DNA of 64,000 nucleotides from an uncultured Aminicenantes bacterium (GCA_965195285.1 CBDAFS010000039.1:1-64000); one strand, 5' to 3'. Shown: positions 40,908-51,234, numbered from the stretch's first letter. The notes: generated by a model not told the origin, from the letters alone. Numbers and translations: made by a program.

Positions 40908-42239
40908 TCAAAAAGGAATAAAGGAATTCCATCCGTTGGGTAATATTTTGGCCACATCATTCAACAAAACAAACACCATCAGGGCAATGAGTATAATAAA
41001 TCCGGTGTTGATCAAAATGGCTTTTACCTTCTGGTTCAATTCTTTTCGAATGACCGCTTCAATCGAATAAATCATCAAATGCCCGCCATCAAGAGCCGGA
41101 ATTGGAAAAAGATTGATGATTCCCAATTGGAGGGAAATAAAGGCAATTAAAATAAAAAAATTGGATAAACCGCTTTCCATGGCTTTTTGAGAAAACTTGG
41201 CAATTTCAATGGGTCCGGATAAATTCTTGGGTGACAGCTTACCCACCAACATTTTCTTAAAAGCATTGAAAGTCAGAAAGGTCAGATTGCTCAACTCATC
41301 AACACTTTTGCGCATGGATTCAAAGAAACCATAATTGACAGTCACAGTGGGTGAATGAGGTGTCATCTCAATACCGATGACGCCTTTCTTCTGTACCTTT
41401 TTAGGTGTGATATTAAAATCCAGAATATCCTGATCGCGTTTTACGGTAAATATCAGCAGCTGGTTTGGATTTGAGGCAATAACCTTTCCGATTTCAAAAT
41501 AGTTTAAATTCTGTCTGTTGATGGCCAGAATCACGTCCCCCTTTTTCAATCCGGCATTAATTGCAGGTTCGCTTGGGTTCAGGGTACGAATCTCTGTTTT
41601 ATGATCCCAGTATAATCCGGCATATCCAATATTATATTTGGAGTGGGACTCAATTTCTAACTTGAGGAATAGTTGCTTTCGGTTCCGCTCGACAACCACA
41701 TCAAGAATCTCATTGGGATTGGCCCCTATATTCATTTCCAGTTCTTTCCAATTATTGATCTTTCTTTGACCGACAGAGACTATAATATCACCTTTTTTTA
41801 TTCCCGCTTTAGCTGCAGGAGATTCTTTCTCAACAAATCCGATTCGTGGAGGCTCGAACTTATATTGTTCTGCCTCAATTCCGCTGATATTGATAACAGT
41901 CAGTATAAAAAAAGATAACAGTATATTCATGGCCGGTCCCATGATCAGGATAAATATCTTTTGGGCGCGGTTTTTGGACTGGAATTCATGCGGCTTCAGC
42001 TCTTCTGAATCATATTCCTCCTCTCCAGCCATTTTCACAAATCCCCCTAAAGGGATTAAACTCAGTCTGAAATCCGTATGGCCAATTTTTTTCCCGAACA
42101 GGCGTTTTCCGATTCCGAAAGAAAAAACGTCAACTCTTACTTTCATTAAAATCGCTGCTAAATAATGACCCAGTTCATGTACAAATACAATAATACCCAG
42201 CACAATGGCAAAAGCTAAAATTTGGTATAAAACAATCAT
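40908..42239 (-). CDS. rseP: RIP metalloprotease RseP with two PDZ domains
   Basis: HELGH, GGFVKM, NLFPIPALDGG. Confidence 0.95.
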   Translation of the reverse strand: MIVLYQILAFAIVLGIIVFVHELGHYLAAILMKVRVDVFSFGIGKRLFGKKIGHTDFRLSLIPLGGFVKMAGEEEYDSEELKPHEFQSKNRAQKIFILIMGPAMNILLSFFILTVINISGIEAEQYKFEPPRIGFVEKESPAAKAGIKKGDIIVSVGQRKINNWKELEMNIGANPNEILDVVVERNRKQLFLKLEIESHSKYNIGYAGLYWDHKTEIRTLNPSEPAINAGLKKGDVILAINRQNLNYFEIGKVIASNPNQLLIFTVKRDQDILDFNITPKKVQKKGVIGIEMTPHSPTVTVNYGFFESMRKSVDELSNLTFLTFNAFKKMLVGKLSPKNLSGPIEIAKFSQKAMESGLSNFFILIAFISLQLGIINLFPIPALDGGHLMIYSIEAVIRKELNQKVKAILINTGFIILIALMVFVLLNDVAKILPNGWNSFIPF

Positions 42240-43399
42240 TTTGGTTTTCTCCGCTTAATATAATTTGTAGTCTTATTCTTGGTATCCTTAATGGTTTCAT
42301 CTAAATCATCGAGGGAATGGATGGGATAAAACTTTTCACCGTGAAGAATAGTTTCTACCACATCAAATATATCATTGAAAGATATCTCTTCCTTTAAAAA
42401 ATACTCCGCTGCAACTTCATTGGCTGCATTGAATACCGCTCCTGCATTTTTTTTCATTTCCAGTACATAATAGGCCAATTCAATAGACCTGAACTTATCC
42501 GTATCAACCGGATAGAAGTCAAATTTCTTTAAATCACTCAGATTCAAACCTTTACTTTCGAAAAATATCCTCTCCGGATAACTTAAAGAATATAAAATCG
42601 GAATTCTCATATCTGGCCAGCTTAATTGAGCGATCAGGGAAGAATCAATAAATTCAACCATTGAATGCACAATGCTCTGCGGATGAATGACCACATCAAT
42701 TTGATCTTTATTCAAATTAAATAGATAATGAGTCTCAATAATTTCCAAGGCCTTATTCATCAAGGTTGCCGAATCCAGTGTGATTTTTGTACCCATAGAC
42801 CAGGTGGGATGGGTCAGAGCCTCTTTTACGCTGATCTGAGAAAATTCCCGTTTACTTCTTCTGAAAAAAGGACCCCCCGAAGCAGTCAGTATGACTCTTT
42901 TCAAATATTCTTTTTTATTGACCCCGATACTCTGAAAAATAGCACTTTGTTCGCTGTCGATTGGGATCAGCTCTGCCCGGGACCGACTCAATTCAAAATT
43001 TATCAACTCTCCGGCAGCCACCAGTGTTTCCTTGTTGGCCAGGCAAATCCGCTGGTTGTTTCGAATGGAAATTATGGTAGCAGCCAGTGACGACGTTCCG
43101 CTAATGGCCGAGATTACCGTATCAATCCCATTGTCCGATACAATTTCTTCGATGCCATGATCTCCATAATAAAATTTTTTATCCGGGAAAAGGTTTTCTA
43201 ATCGATCGGCATCATTTTTATACTTGACACTGATTCGATCCGGGTTGAAAAATTTAATTTGCTCCTGTAATAATTTGATGTTCTCACCGGCAGCAATAGC
43301 AACCAGCCGGAACCGATCCCGGTTGGCATCGATGACGTCCAGTGAATTCCTTCCGATTGAACCGGTGGATCCCAACAGGGCGATATTTTTTAATTTCAT
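42236..43399 (-). CDS. dxr: 1-deoxy-D-xylulose-5-phosphate reductoisomerase
   Basis: LGSTGSIG, LANKE, PIDSE, TASGGPF, HPTWSMG.KIT.DSATLMNK. Confidence 0.97.
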   Translation of the reverse strand: MKLKNIALLGSTGSIGRNSLDVIDANRDRFRLVAIAAGENIKLLQEQIKFFNPDRISVKYKNDADRLENLFPDKKFYYGDHGIEEIVSDNGIDTVISAISGTSSLAATIISIRNNQRICLANKETLVAAGELINFELSRSRAELIPIDSEQSAIFQSIGVNKKEYLKRVILTASGGPFFRRSKREFSQISVKEALTHPTWSMGTKITLDSATLMNKALEIIETHYLFNLNKDQIDVVIHPQSIVHSMVEFIDSSLIAQLSWPDMRIPILYSLSYPERIFFESKGLNLSDLKKFDFYPVDTDKFRSIELAYYVLEMKKNAGAVFNAANEVAAEYFLKEEISFNDIFDVVETILHGEKFYPIHSLDDLDETIKDTKNKTTNYIKRRKPK

Positions 43400-43432
43400 A
43401 TCCTTACAATTTGTTGATTTCAGTATTCCCGA

Positions 43433-44236
43433 TTATGCATTCCAAAAAAATAAAATGAGATAATACAGCAATGGAGAACAAAAAATATAACTATCCAAAC
43501 GGTCAAGAAAACCACCATGACCCGGTAATATGGCGCCGGAATCCTTTTGATTGGCGGCTCTCTTAAACAGGGATTCAATCGGATCTGAAAGCTGAGAAAA
43601 CAGGGCAATCAGGCCTCCGGTTAAAATTGCCTTCCAAATTTCAACCTCGACTGGAAAAATCAACATGGCCAGCCAGCCGGCCGGAGCAGCTGTAAGTATG
43701 GCAGCAATCAAACCCTCCAAGGTTTTTTTCGGGGATGCAACCGGGTATATTGAGTGTTTGCCCACCCACCTGCCAATGAAATAGGCTCCCGAATCACCAA
43801 TCAAAATGACAAAAATCAGAAAAAAAAGATAATTGACTCCCAATTCTCTTAATTTAAAAATAAAGTACAGGGGGATGTAAATATAAAAAACAGTTAAAAA
43901 ATGGATTCCAATATCCTTGATAAAAGCGGATAACTCCTCTGATTTTCTGACAGAAAATAAAAAAAACAGACCGAATCCAAAAACAATCCCCATTATAGAC
44001 ATCATCAAATCAGGTTGGTTGAAAGTGAAATGTGATGCAATAATCGAACCAAAAATAAATATCAACAACAGGGAATAGGTTTTGGGCTTGCATAGTTTTA
44101 TGAATTCATAGGCCACTATACTGAAGATCAAATAGAGAAACAGGGAAAACAACAAAGAAGGAAGAAATTTTATGCAAACAAAAATAATGGGAATAATAAC
44201 CATAGCGGTTAGTGTGCGAACTGAAGTTTCCTTCAT
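43433..44236 (-). CDS. cdsA: Phosphatidate cytidylyltransferase
   Basis: SPKKTLEG, ESLFKR...KDSG.ILPGHGGFLDRLDS. Confidence 0.96.
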   Translation of the reverse strand: MKETSVRTLTAMVIIPIIFVCIKFLPSLLFSLFLYLIFSIVAYEFIKLCKPKTYSLLLIFIFGSIIASHFTFNQPDLMMSIMGIVFGFGLFFLFSVRKSEELSAFIKDIGIHFLTVFYIYIPLYFIFKLRELGVNYLFFLIFVILIGDSGAYFIGRWVGKHSIYPVASPKKTLEGLIAAILTAAPAGWLAMLIFPVEVEIWKAILTGGLIALFSQLSDPIESLFKRAANQKDSGAILPGHGGFLDRLDSYIFCSPLLYYLILFFWNA

Positions 44237-44991
44237 ATGGCTCCGAACCTCCTTCCCCTTTCCTGATATTCTTTTATTGCCTTTAAATAATCATAAACTT
44301 TGAAATCAGGCCAGAGTGTCTGGGTAAAATACAATTCTGAATAGGCAATTTGATATAATAAAAAATTTGAAATTCGTAGTTCGCCTGAAGTTCTGATCAA
44401 TAAATCCGGATCAGGGCAGTCATGGGTATTCAGGTAGTTTTCAAAAAGTTTCTCATTGATATCGGAAGCAGAAACATTATCAATAATAATCTTTCTAACT
44501 GCATTGATAATCTCATTTCGTGCCCCATAACTTAAAGCCAGGTTAATCTGCAGGTTTTTATAATGGCCTGACATTTTTTCGGTTTCCAATAATTTTTTCC
44601 TCAAACGAGGCGGTATTTTCCCCAAATCACCTATAGTTTTCAGTTTAATCTTGTTTTCACTCAGAATCCCACTTTTCTCAGCCAAGTTTTTATATAGCAA
44701 ATCCATCAGTTTATTTACTTCCCTTGGCGGACGTTTCCAGTTTTCACTCGAAAACACAAATAGGGTCAGATATTTAATCCCGATCCGGGAGGAACACTCG
44801 GCAATAATCCGGGCGGATTTTGCCCCTTCCAAATGTCCTTCGATTCTGTTCAGTTTTCGTTTTTTAGCCCAGCGTCCGTTCCCATCCATGATGATGGCCA
44901 CATGCCGGGGGAGTTTTCTTTTATTAATTTTCAGGAGCAGATCTTCTTCTCTACTGCCTTCCTTAACAAAAAATTTAAAACGGTTCTGCAT
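44233..44991 (-). CDS. uppS: Undecaprenyl diphosphate synthase
   Basis: HVAIIMDGNGRWA, FSSENWKRP, DLLIRTSGELRISNFLL; start set at ATG 44991. Confidence 0.96.
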   Translation of the reverse strand: MQNRFKFFVKEGSREEDLLLKINKRKLPRHVAIIMDGNGRWAKKRKLNRIEGHLEGAKSARIIAECSSRIGIKYLTLFVFSSENWKRPPREVNKLMDLLYKNLAEKSGILSENKIKLKTIGDLGKIPPRLRKKLLETEKMSGHYKNLQINLALSYGARNEIINAVRKIIIDNVSASDINEKLFENYLNTHDCPDPDLLIRTSGELRISNFLLYQIAYSELYFTQTLWPDFKVYDYLKAIKEYQERGRRFGAI

Positions 44992-44997
44992 CCAAAA

Positions 44998-45026
44998 ATT
45001 ATATGTTTTCACCCTGGCTTTGTCAA
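44998..45026 (-). promoter_or_regulatory. Consensus sigma70 promoter of the uppS operon
   Basis: TTGACA (45026-45021), 17 nt, TATAAT (45003-44998). Confidence 0.8.
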
Positions 45027-45124
45027 CACCATTCAACCGACACCATGAGCGGTTTGGCAAACCTGATTTTCCATTCTACAAATAAAATGTAAATTAATGC
45101 AGGATGAAGCAATGATTAAAAAAT

Positions 45125-45153
45125 TTGACAAATTTAAATATCTTATATAAAAT
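45125..45153 (+). promoter_or_regulatory. sigma70 promoter of the cNMP-FHA gene
   Basis: TTGACA, 17 nt, TAAAAT. Confidence 0.7.
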
Positions 45154-45165
45154 GTTATTAATCAT

Positions 45166-45927
45166 ATGGCCATGAAAGGTTCGAAAAAACTGACAACCCA
45201 CTATAATAAAGGAGATATCATCTACAACGTAGGTGATGAACAAAATAATTTCTATATTATCGATAAGGGAAAAGTACAGATACTGCTTGGAGATAACCAG
45301 GTGGTTTTGGCCACCCTGGTTACCGGTGATTTTTTTGGTGAAGAATCCCTCAATGAAAATCAAAATGCTGCTTATACCATTGAAGTTATCGAAGATTCAG
45401 AAATTATAAAAATCTCCTATTCATCACTGAAGGAAATGATGAATAAGAACCGGGAAATTTCTTTGAAAATTCTCAAAAAATTATCGGATAAAAACCTGAA
45501 TATTTTCAATAATTTATTGAATCTAAAAACCAAATCGGTTACTCCGGAAAAGATTCCCAAAACCAGCGCTGATGAAGAGGAAATCACCTCTGAAAAGCTG
45601 AGTCCGGATATAAAAGCCTACCTGATCATCCAGCGGTCCAACCGGATCGTTCAACTGACCAAAATTAATACATTCCTGGGTCGCCGTGACTATACCACCG
45701 GTTTTATTCCGGATGTGGATTTAACCAAAGAAGATGAAGAAAAATATATTTCCCGGAAACATTCTAAAATATCTTACTCGGATGGCAAGTTTTTCCTTTC
45801 AGAAGAACCGGGTGCAATCAACGGGACATTTTTAAACGGGACCAAATTGAATACCGGTGTAAAATACGAACTCAACAATGAAGATGAAGCCACTCTCTGC
45901 CACCTCAACATCATTTTCAAATACTGA
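45166..45927 (+). CDS. Cyclic-nucleotide-binding domain + FHA domain protein
   Basis: GDIIY..GD...FYII.KGKV, GDFFGE; FHA LGR...ISRKH...NGTFLNG. Confidence 0.88.
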   Translation: MAMKGSKKLTTHYNKGDIIYNVGDEQNNFYIIDKGKVQILLGDNQVVLATLVTGDFFGEESLNENQNAAYTIEVIEDSEIIKISYSSLKEMMNKNREISLKILKKLSDKNLNIFNNLLNLKTKSVTPEKIPKTSADEEEITSEKLSPDIKAYLIIQRSNRIVQLTKINTFLGRRDYTTGFIPDVDLTKEDEEKYISRKHSKISYSDGKFFLSEEPGAINGTFLNGTKLNTGVKYELNNEDEATLCHLNIIFKY

Positions 45928-45983
45928 TAGTTCTAATATCGATATACAGAAAAATCAAAAAAAGATAAAAACTCTCATTTATT

Positions 45984-46157
45984 CTATTCTGAAATTTTGA
46001 TGTGGCCTGAATCGAGTTGCTGTTGGATGGATTGGGCCATTTCCTTGATGTCATCAAGCGTTTCTTTGATATACAACGGAGTGGTCGGATCACTCAGTAT
46101 TTCATCCACCTTTTCAATGATAACCCGGACTTTCCAGGCCAACTCTTTCTGAATCAT
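45984..46157 (-). CDS. 57-aa small helical protein (below the ORF-track cutoff)
   Basis: AGGGG RBS, ATG 46157, MIQKELAWKVRVIIEKVDEILSDPTTPLYIKETLDDIKEMAQSIQQQLDSGHIKISE, TAG at 45986-45984. Confidence 0.65.
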   Translation of the reverse strand: MIQKELAWKVRVIIEKVDEILSDPTTPLYIKETLDDIKEMAQSIQQQLDSGHIKISE

Positions 46158-46230
46158 TATTACCCCCTGTTTTCATTTTACCGTAAAAACTTTTTTTTTC
46201 AACCCTATTGTATTCCGGATCGACATCATT

Positions 46231-47316
46231 TCATTCAATGTTAAATTCTATATTGGAAGGTCTACAGGTGTTTTTATTCCAGTATTTCTGGATCACTTCC
46301 ATAAGTTCACTTGAGTTTAAATCAATGGTATTCAACGGATCTGGGCCAAACCGAAAATTGAAGGCATCCACCTCTTGACTCCAGGCTGACCATTGTAGTT
46401 CCCAGACCCAAAGGGAATAGTTCATATTAAGATCTTCAAAACATTCCATCTGCTCATCCATGAATCGGGCTGCACCGCATACCCATCTCATAATTCCATA
46501 CTCATTACAAGCAACCCGTACACCATATTGAGCTTTATAGTTATCAATAACTCCCAATAGGGCATTTAACCAATCTTCATTCACCTGATCCGGTATCCCA
46601 TCCCAGTCGATATCAAAAAAACCCGGATAACAATATTGACCTTCCGGATTCTGATGGGTATAAACAACCGGAGCATATTGATGGACAGTATAAAGTGTCT
46701 TGGGATCCGAGACCGGTACAACATAGGACAGCCATTCCACAGCGCTATACCCCATTCCCCCGATCAGTATGGGGATATCCACATCAACTTCTCTTATGCC
46801 AGAAACAATCCTGGGAAATAACTGGTTCCAATCGTAGAGGGTATTTGAATACTGATCATAGAACTCCTCCTGATTCCATAAATTCAACCAGATTTCATTT
46901 GAATTGGGTTCCACCATAAGGTCATAACCAATCAAATACGGACAATCCTTAAAGTGGTAGGCTGTTTGCTTCCACATGTCTACCCAGGCATTCTGCGCAT
47001 CAGTGTTTACCCAGACATGATCATTATAATAACTTTCATCAAACCATTCTCCATCCTCTCCCTAAAAAAAAGTGAACTCACTCCGACCGGGTCCGGTTCC
47101 CATGAAATCATTTCCATCAAGTTCAGGATATACTCTGCGTTGATATATATTGGCTCCCCGTAGCAGGGTTCCCTATTCCCAAAGTTTCCATTTGGAATCA
47201 ATCTCCCGTATGTTTGTTTCATCTTCACTTTTAAATAACTGACATGAATCCAGGGTAAAAATTAAAAAAACAGATATAGTGCAAAAATAAATTATTTTTA
47301 TTTTTAAGAAAAACAT
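46231..47316 (-). pseudogene. GH5 family glycoside hydrolase lipoprotein with two in-frame TAG stops
   Basis: Single frame from ATG 47316 (signal peptide, LDSC lipobox); TAG at 47173-47175 and 47062-47064; LRGAN, YDLMVEPN, VHQY, NEYG motifs. Confidence 0.85.
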
Positions 47317-47373
47317 ATCACTCGGATTTATCATATAATAAATAATATTTTATTACAAAAGGACTTTGATACA

Positions 47374-47402
47374 TTGCAATAACCGGTTATATCCGGTATA
47401 AT
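47374..47402 (+). promoter_or_regulatory. sigma70 promoter of the DMT gene
   Basis: TTGCAA, 17 nt, TATAAT. Confidence 0.65.
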
Positions 47403-47440
47403 TGCTGCTTATTTTCATCCCCTTTGCCAACAGGAAAATC

Positions 47441-48328
47441 ATGATCTATTTAGGTGAAATTCTGGCTCTGAGTGCCGCATTATTCTGGGCCATTGGTGTC
47501 ATTCTTTTTAAAAAGAGCGGTGAAAATATGTCACCGTTATCGCTTAACCTATTTAAAAACCTCATCGCCATGGCCCTTTTCATTCCAACCATTCCATTAC
47601 TTGGCGAGAGCTTTAATCCCGGTCAGCCTTTATCTGCCTGGATCATGCTGGGATTATCCGGGCTTCTGGGGATCACACTTGCCGATACCCTTTTTTTTAT
47701 ATCACTGAATAAACTGGGCGCAAGTCTGGTGGCCGTGGTTGACACCTCATATACGCCCTTTCTGCTTTCCATGGGCTATATTTTTTTGGGTGATCGAATC
47801 GGACCCATTGCTTTTTTGGGGGCCTGCCTTATTGTGGCGGGATTGATCATCGGTTCCCTCAGCAAACCTGAACCGGGCCGAACCCGAAAAGATATCCTTA
47901 TCGGAACCATCATCGGCATAACAGGTATATTTACCATGGTGGTGGGGATTATCATTATAAAAGATATTCTCAATAATGCACCGTTGATTTGGGCATCCGG
48001 TGTCCGCCTTTTTTTTGGATTTATGGGTTTAATCCCCATTATATTTTTTAACCGTACCAGGCGTAACCGATTTCTAACCAATTTAAGGCAGCCCCAAACC
48101 TGGAAGATAGGAGTTCCGGCTGCCATCAGCGGATCGTTCCTGGCTATGATCTGCTGGGTGGGCGGATTGAAATACACCGACGTATCCATTGCCGGAATGT
48201 TAAACCAGTTATCAACCATTTTTATCTTTGTACTGGCAATCCTGTTTCTTAAAGAGTCGGTCAGTTGGAAACGGATACTGGCAATATTCTTGTCTTTTTT
48301 AGGTGCAGTACTGGTCATTCTACGCTAA
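47441..48328 (+). CDS. EamA/DMT family transporter
   Basis: Two EamA repeats; start set at ATG 47441 (AGGA RBS, downstream of the promoter). Confidence 0.88.
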   Translation: MIYLGEILALSAALFWAIGVILFKKSGENMSPLSLNLFKNLIAMALFIPTIPLLGESFNPGQPLSAWIMLGLSGLLGITLADTLFFISLNKLGASLVAVVDTSYTPFLLSMGYIFLGDRIGPIAFLGACLIVAGLIIGSLSKPEPGRTRKDILIGTIIGITGIFTMVVGIIIIKDILNNAPLIWASGVRLFFGFMGLIPIIFFNRTRRNRFLTNLRQPQTWKIGVPAAISGSFLAMICWVGGLKYTDVSIAGMLNQLSTIFIFVLAILFLKESVSWKRILAIFLSFLGAVLVILR

Positions 48329-48361
48329 AATATTATTCCTATTCACATCATGGGTTTGCAA

Positions 48362-49810
48362 TCAATCAAAGTAATAAACGGGAAGGGAATCGATTTGATT
48401 GAGCAACCGAAAGAAATGAGTTCTCAAACCCTTCAGCTTGACTGCAATGACAATGATGTCAACCGGAGTCTGTCTTTTTGAAAACCGACTCAGTTCAACC
48501 CGGGTGAAATGTCGATACTGATCCTGCTGAACTCCGGATTCAATAAGAACAATATCCCGGATCCCCATGATTCGATGGAGAAAATCAATAACCCGGCCCC
48601 TAATCGCTGAAGACCCATAAACAGCCACTGATTTGATTTCTTTGTTGAAGTCCTTCTGATTCAGATTAAAGACATCATCACTATGTTGTAGCCGTGGATA
48701 ATACAGGGGAAACAACCGTTCAAAAAGATTCGGCTTCTTGTCGGATTTGAAAAAGGAGGGAAGTCGATGGTTCAACCTATCGATTATGGATTGTGATGTC
48801 TTTTCGACATTCCATTTCGCTGCATCCACCCGGGCCCGGCTGGCTTTAATTAGGGCATCCGCATAATTTTTATATAGGATCAACAGTTTAGCTTTCAAAT
48901 CCCCGATGTCCGGTTCCGCCCACTTAGAGCCAAAAAACCCAGGATATCTCAAATAATGATTTGCCTCGATATCAACCAGTTCAAATTTAATCAGATACGA
49001 ATTTTTTGAATTTAAAAATTCACATTGTCCGCCCCATCCGGTGGTTATGATGGGAGTACCAACCTGCATGACAGCTAACAAAGGCCGGCCGATTCCCTCG
49101 CCCCGGGAAGGTAATATGAAGCAATCCGCCCTGCGGTAAAGGGAATACAATTCTTTTTCAGTCAAAACCGCATTCAGTATACGAACCTCGGGAATTTCCT
49201 CTGGAAGGTTGAACTCATCCTTTATTTTTGTCAAAGTGGCATTGGTTTTAAGTACCAAACAGATATCATCATTGCTTTTAAAGGTTTCAATATAGGCCTT
49301 CAGTAATACATCCAGTCCTTTGCGGTAACGGGCATTATAATTAAACAGGGATAGTAGTACAAACTTGTTCTTCATCTCCAGCTGGTAAAGGGAACCGGGA
49401 TCCGGAATCTTCAAATCAACCGGACTGGAAATGACAAACATCTTCTCCGGACTGACCCCTGATTTCCGGAACAGGTCAAAACAAAAATGATTGGGAACCC
49501 AGATTTCATTCAGTCGATTGAAGCGATAAACCCAGCTAAATGGAATTCTTGAAACTTCCAACATGGTCCGGGTAATGGAATACTGTTCCGGATTTGGTTG
49601 ATAGGATCCATGCCTAAAGGAATGAAACACAATGGGAATGCTGGGATCACTGTCACTTTGAAAATCAAATTCGCTGGGCCCCAGCCGCTTGTTTTTTCCA
49701 ACCACCTTGACTTCTACTCCCTGGTTTTTAAGACCTCGTATCATAACTCTGGCCTCATCCGAATAACCTGAATTGGCAAAAATATTTTCACAAAACCACT
49801 GTATTTTCAT
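48362..49810 (-). CDS. Glycosyltransferase, GT4-like
   Basis: SGYSDEAR, RKGLDVLLKAY, LPSRGEGIG, WAEPD. Confidence 0.85.
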   Translation of the reverse strand: MKIQWFCENIFANSGYSDEARVMIRGLKNQGVEVKVVGKNKRLGPSEFDFQSDSDPSIPIVFHSFRHGSYQPNPEQYSITRTMLEVSRIPFSWVYRFNRLNEIWVPNHFCFDLFRKSGVSPEKMFVISSPVDLKIPDPGSLYQLEMKNKFVLLSLFNYNARYRKGLDVLLKAYIETFKSNDDICLVLKTNATLTKIKDEFNLPEEIPEVRILNAVLTEKELYSLYRRADCFILPSRGEGIGRPLLAVMQVGTPIITTGWGGQCEFLNSKNSYLIKFELVDIEANHYLRYPGFFGSKWAEPDIGDLKAKLLILYKNYADALIKASRARVDAAKWNVEKTSQSIIDRLNHRLPSFFKSDKKPNLFERLFPLYYPRLQHSDDVFNLNQKDFNKEIKSVAVYGSSAIRGRVIDFLHRIMGIRDIVLIESGVQQDQYRHFTRVELSRFSKRQTPVDIIVIAVKLKGLRTHFFRLLNQIDSLPVYYFD

Positions 49811-49871
49811 TTCATCTTAATCTGATATCTTTTTACAATTTTCTATTTTTTGTCTTCTTAACTTCTCATAT

Positions 49872-50468
49872 TCATAACTTCTTTTTTAGAAGTTCTCCAT
49901 ATCTGAAACAATCCATGGTATGGTCATTGACCATACCCACGGCCTGCATAAACGCATAACAGATAGTGGGACCCACAAAACTAAACCCTCTTTTTTTCAA
50001 ATCCTTACTCATGGCAACCGATTGGGTAGAAACTGCGGGCAATTGGCTGAGCTGTTTCCATTTATTAATAATTGGCTTGCCACTCACGAAGCGCCATATA
50101 TAGTTATCAAAACTCCCAAATTCGTCTTGAATGCCCAGGAATGCGCCGGCATTCCGGACCGCTGATTCTATTTTTAAACGGTTTCTGATAATACCCTTAT
50201 CCTGCAACAACCTATTGATTTTTTCCCGGCTGAAACGGGCCACCTTGCCGGGATCAAAACCATCGAACACCCTTCGGTAATTCTCCCGCCTTTTTAAAAT
50301 GGTCAACCAGCTTAACCCGGCTTGAGCACCATCCAGAATCAGAGCCTCAAAAAATTCAATATCATTATGGACTTCCACTCCCCATTCGGTATCATGATAC
50401 TGGATATAAATCAAATCATCAGTAACCCATTCACAACGTTTTTTTTGCATATTTGATACCTCCGCCAT
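49872..50468 (-). CDS. tag: DNA-3-methyladenine glycosylase I
   Basis: RCEW, YHDTEWG, QAGLSWLTIL, IIRNRLKI, FVGPTICYAFMQAVGMVNDH. Confidence 0.96.
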   Translation of the reverse strand: MAEVSNMQKKRCEWVTDDLIYIQYHDTEWGVEVHNDIEFFEALILDGAQAGLSWLTILKRRENYRRVFDGFDPGKVARFSREKINRLLQDKGIIRNRLKIESAVRNAGAFLGIQDEFGSFDNYIWRFVSGKPIINKWKQLSQLPAVSTQSVAMSKDLKKRGFSFVGPTICYAFMQAVGMVNDHTMDCFRYGELLKKKL

Positions 50469-50520
50469 TACTATTTTTCATTTAAACCATCATCCTCTTT
50501 CAGATTTTGGTTGAAAACAA

Positions 50521-51234
50521 TCAGTCCGGAAAATGTTTTTTTAAGATTTCGCGGGCAATGACCAAATCCGCCTGATAGGTAATTTTTATATTTAACTCAC
50601 TGCCTTCGATGATAAAGATTTCTGCCAGATTCGATTTAAAAATCAAGGAACAGTCATCCGGACTGTTTATGATCTCTTTTTCCCTGGCCAATAGATGAGC
50701 CCTTTGGATTAGTTGCCGCTCGAATGCCTGTGGCGTTTGAACCCGCTTTACAAATTGGCGATCGGGAATTGTTTTGATCTGAGAATGCGGATCAATTTCA
50801 ATCACAGTATCGGAAAAAGATACCGCCGGGGCCACAGCTGAATATTTTCCCAGGCTGTTTATCAATTCATCAATGATGGTTTTGGGGATCAATGGCCTGG
50901 CCACATCATGTATGAGGATTTTCTCCACATCGCCTCCGGCTGCCATTACACCAATATATGATGATTCCTGCCGGGAGCTGCCTCCGGCCAATATGGATTC
51001 GATTTTCCTATAGTTATTTTTGACAATATTCACGGTTCTATTATGATAGTCCTGATTTTCAACCAGCACTATGCCATCAATCCCCGGGTGATTCTCAAAT
51101 CGGTCCAGGGAGTGTTCCAATATTGTTTTCTCTCCGATCCGGGAAAATTGTTTGGGATATGCTTCTGCAAAACGCTGGCCCGAACCCCCGGCCAATAAGA
51201 TCGCCACTGTTCGGTTCATTATCGAATTTTCCAT
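50521..51234 (-). CDS. ispD: IspD/TarI family cytidylyltransferase
   Basis: LAGGSGQRF, PKQF, IHDVARP, VQTPQAF, NIKIT; IspD versus TarI not resolved. Confidence 0.82.
   Translation of the reverse strand: MENSIMNRTVAILLAGGSGQRFAEAYPKQFSRIGEKTILEHSLDRFENHPGIDGIVLVENQDYHNRTVNIVKNNYRKIESILAGGSSRQESSYIGVMAAGGDVEKILIHDVARPLIPKTIIDELINSLGKYSAVAPAVSFSDTVIEIDPHSQIKTIPDRQFVKRVQTPQAFERQLIQRAHLLAREKEIINSPDDCSLIFKSNLAEIFIIEGSELNIKITYQADLVIAREILKKHFPD

Noticed and set aside
46017-46244. 75-aa plus-strand ORF
   Set aside because: TTG start without RBS; the antisense 57-aa ORF is better supported
47062-47175. Genome-wide TAG reassignment
   Set aside because: TAG ends normal genes here (e.g. DoxX at 1840, prfA itself) and an intact RF1 is encoded in the window
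47007-47228. 73-aa minus-strand ORF
   Set aside because: Out-of-frame overlay on the 5' part of the GH5 pseudogene
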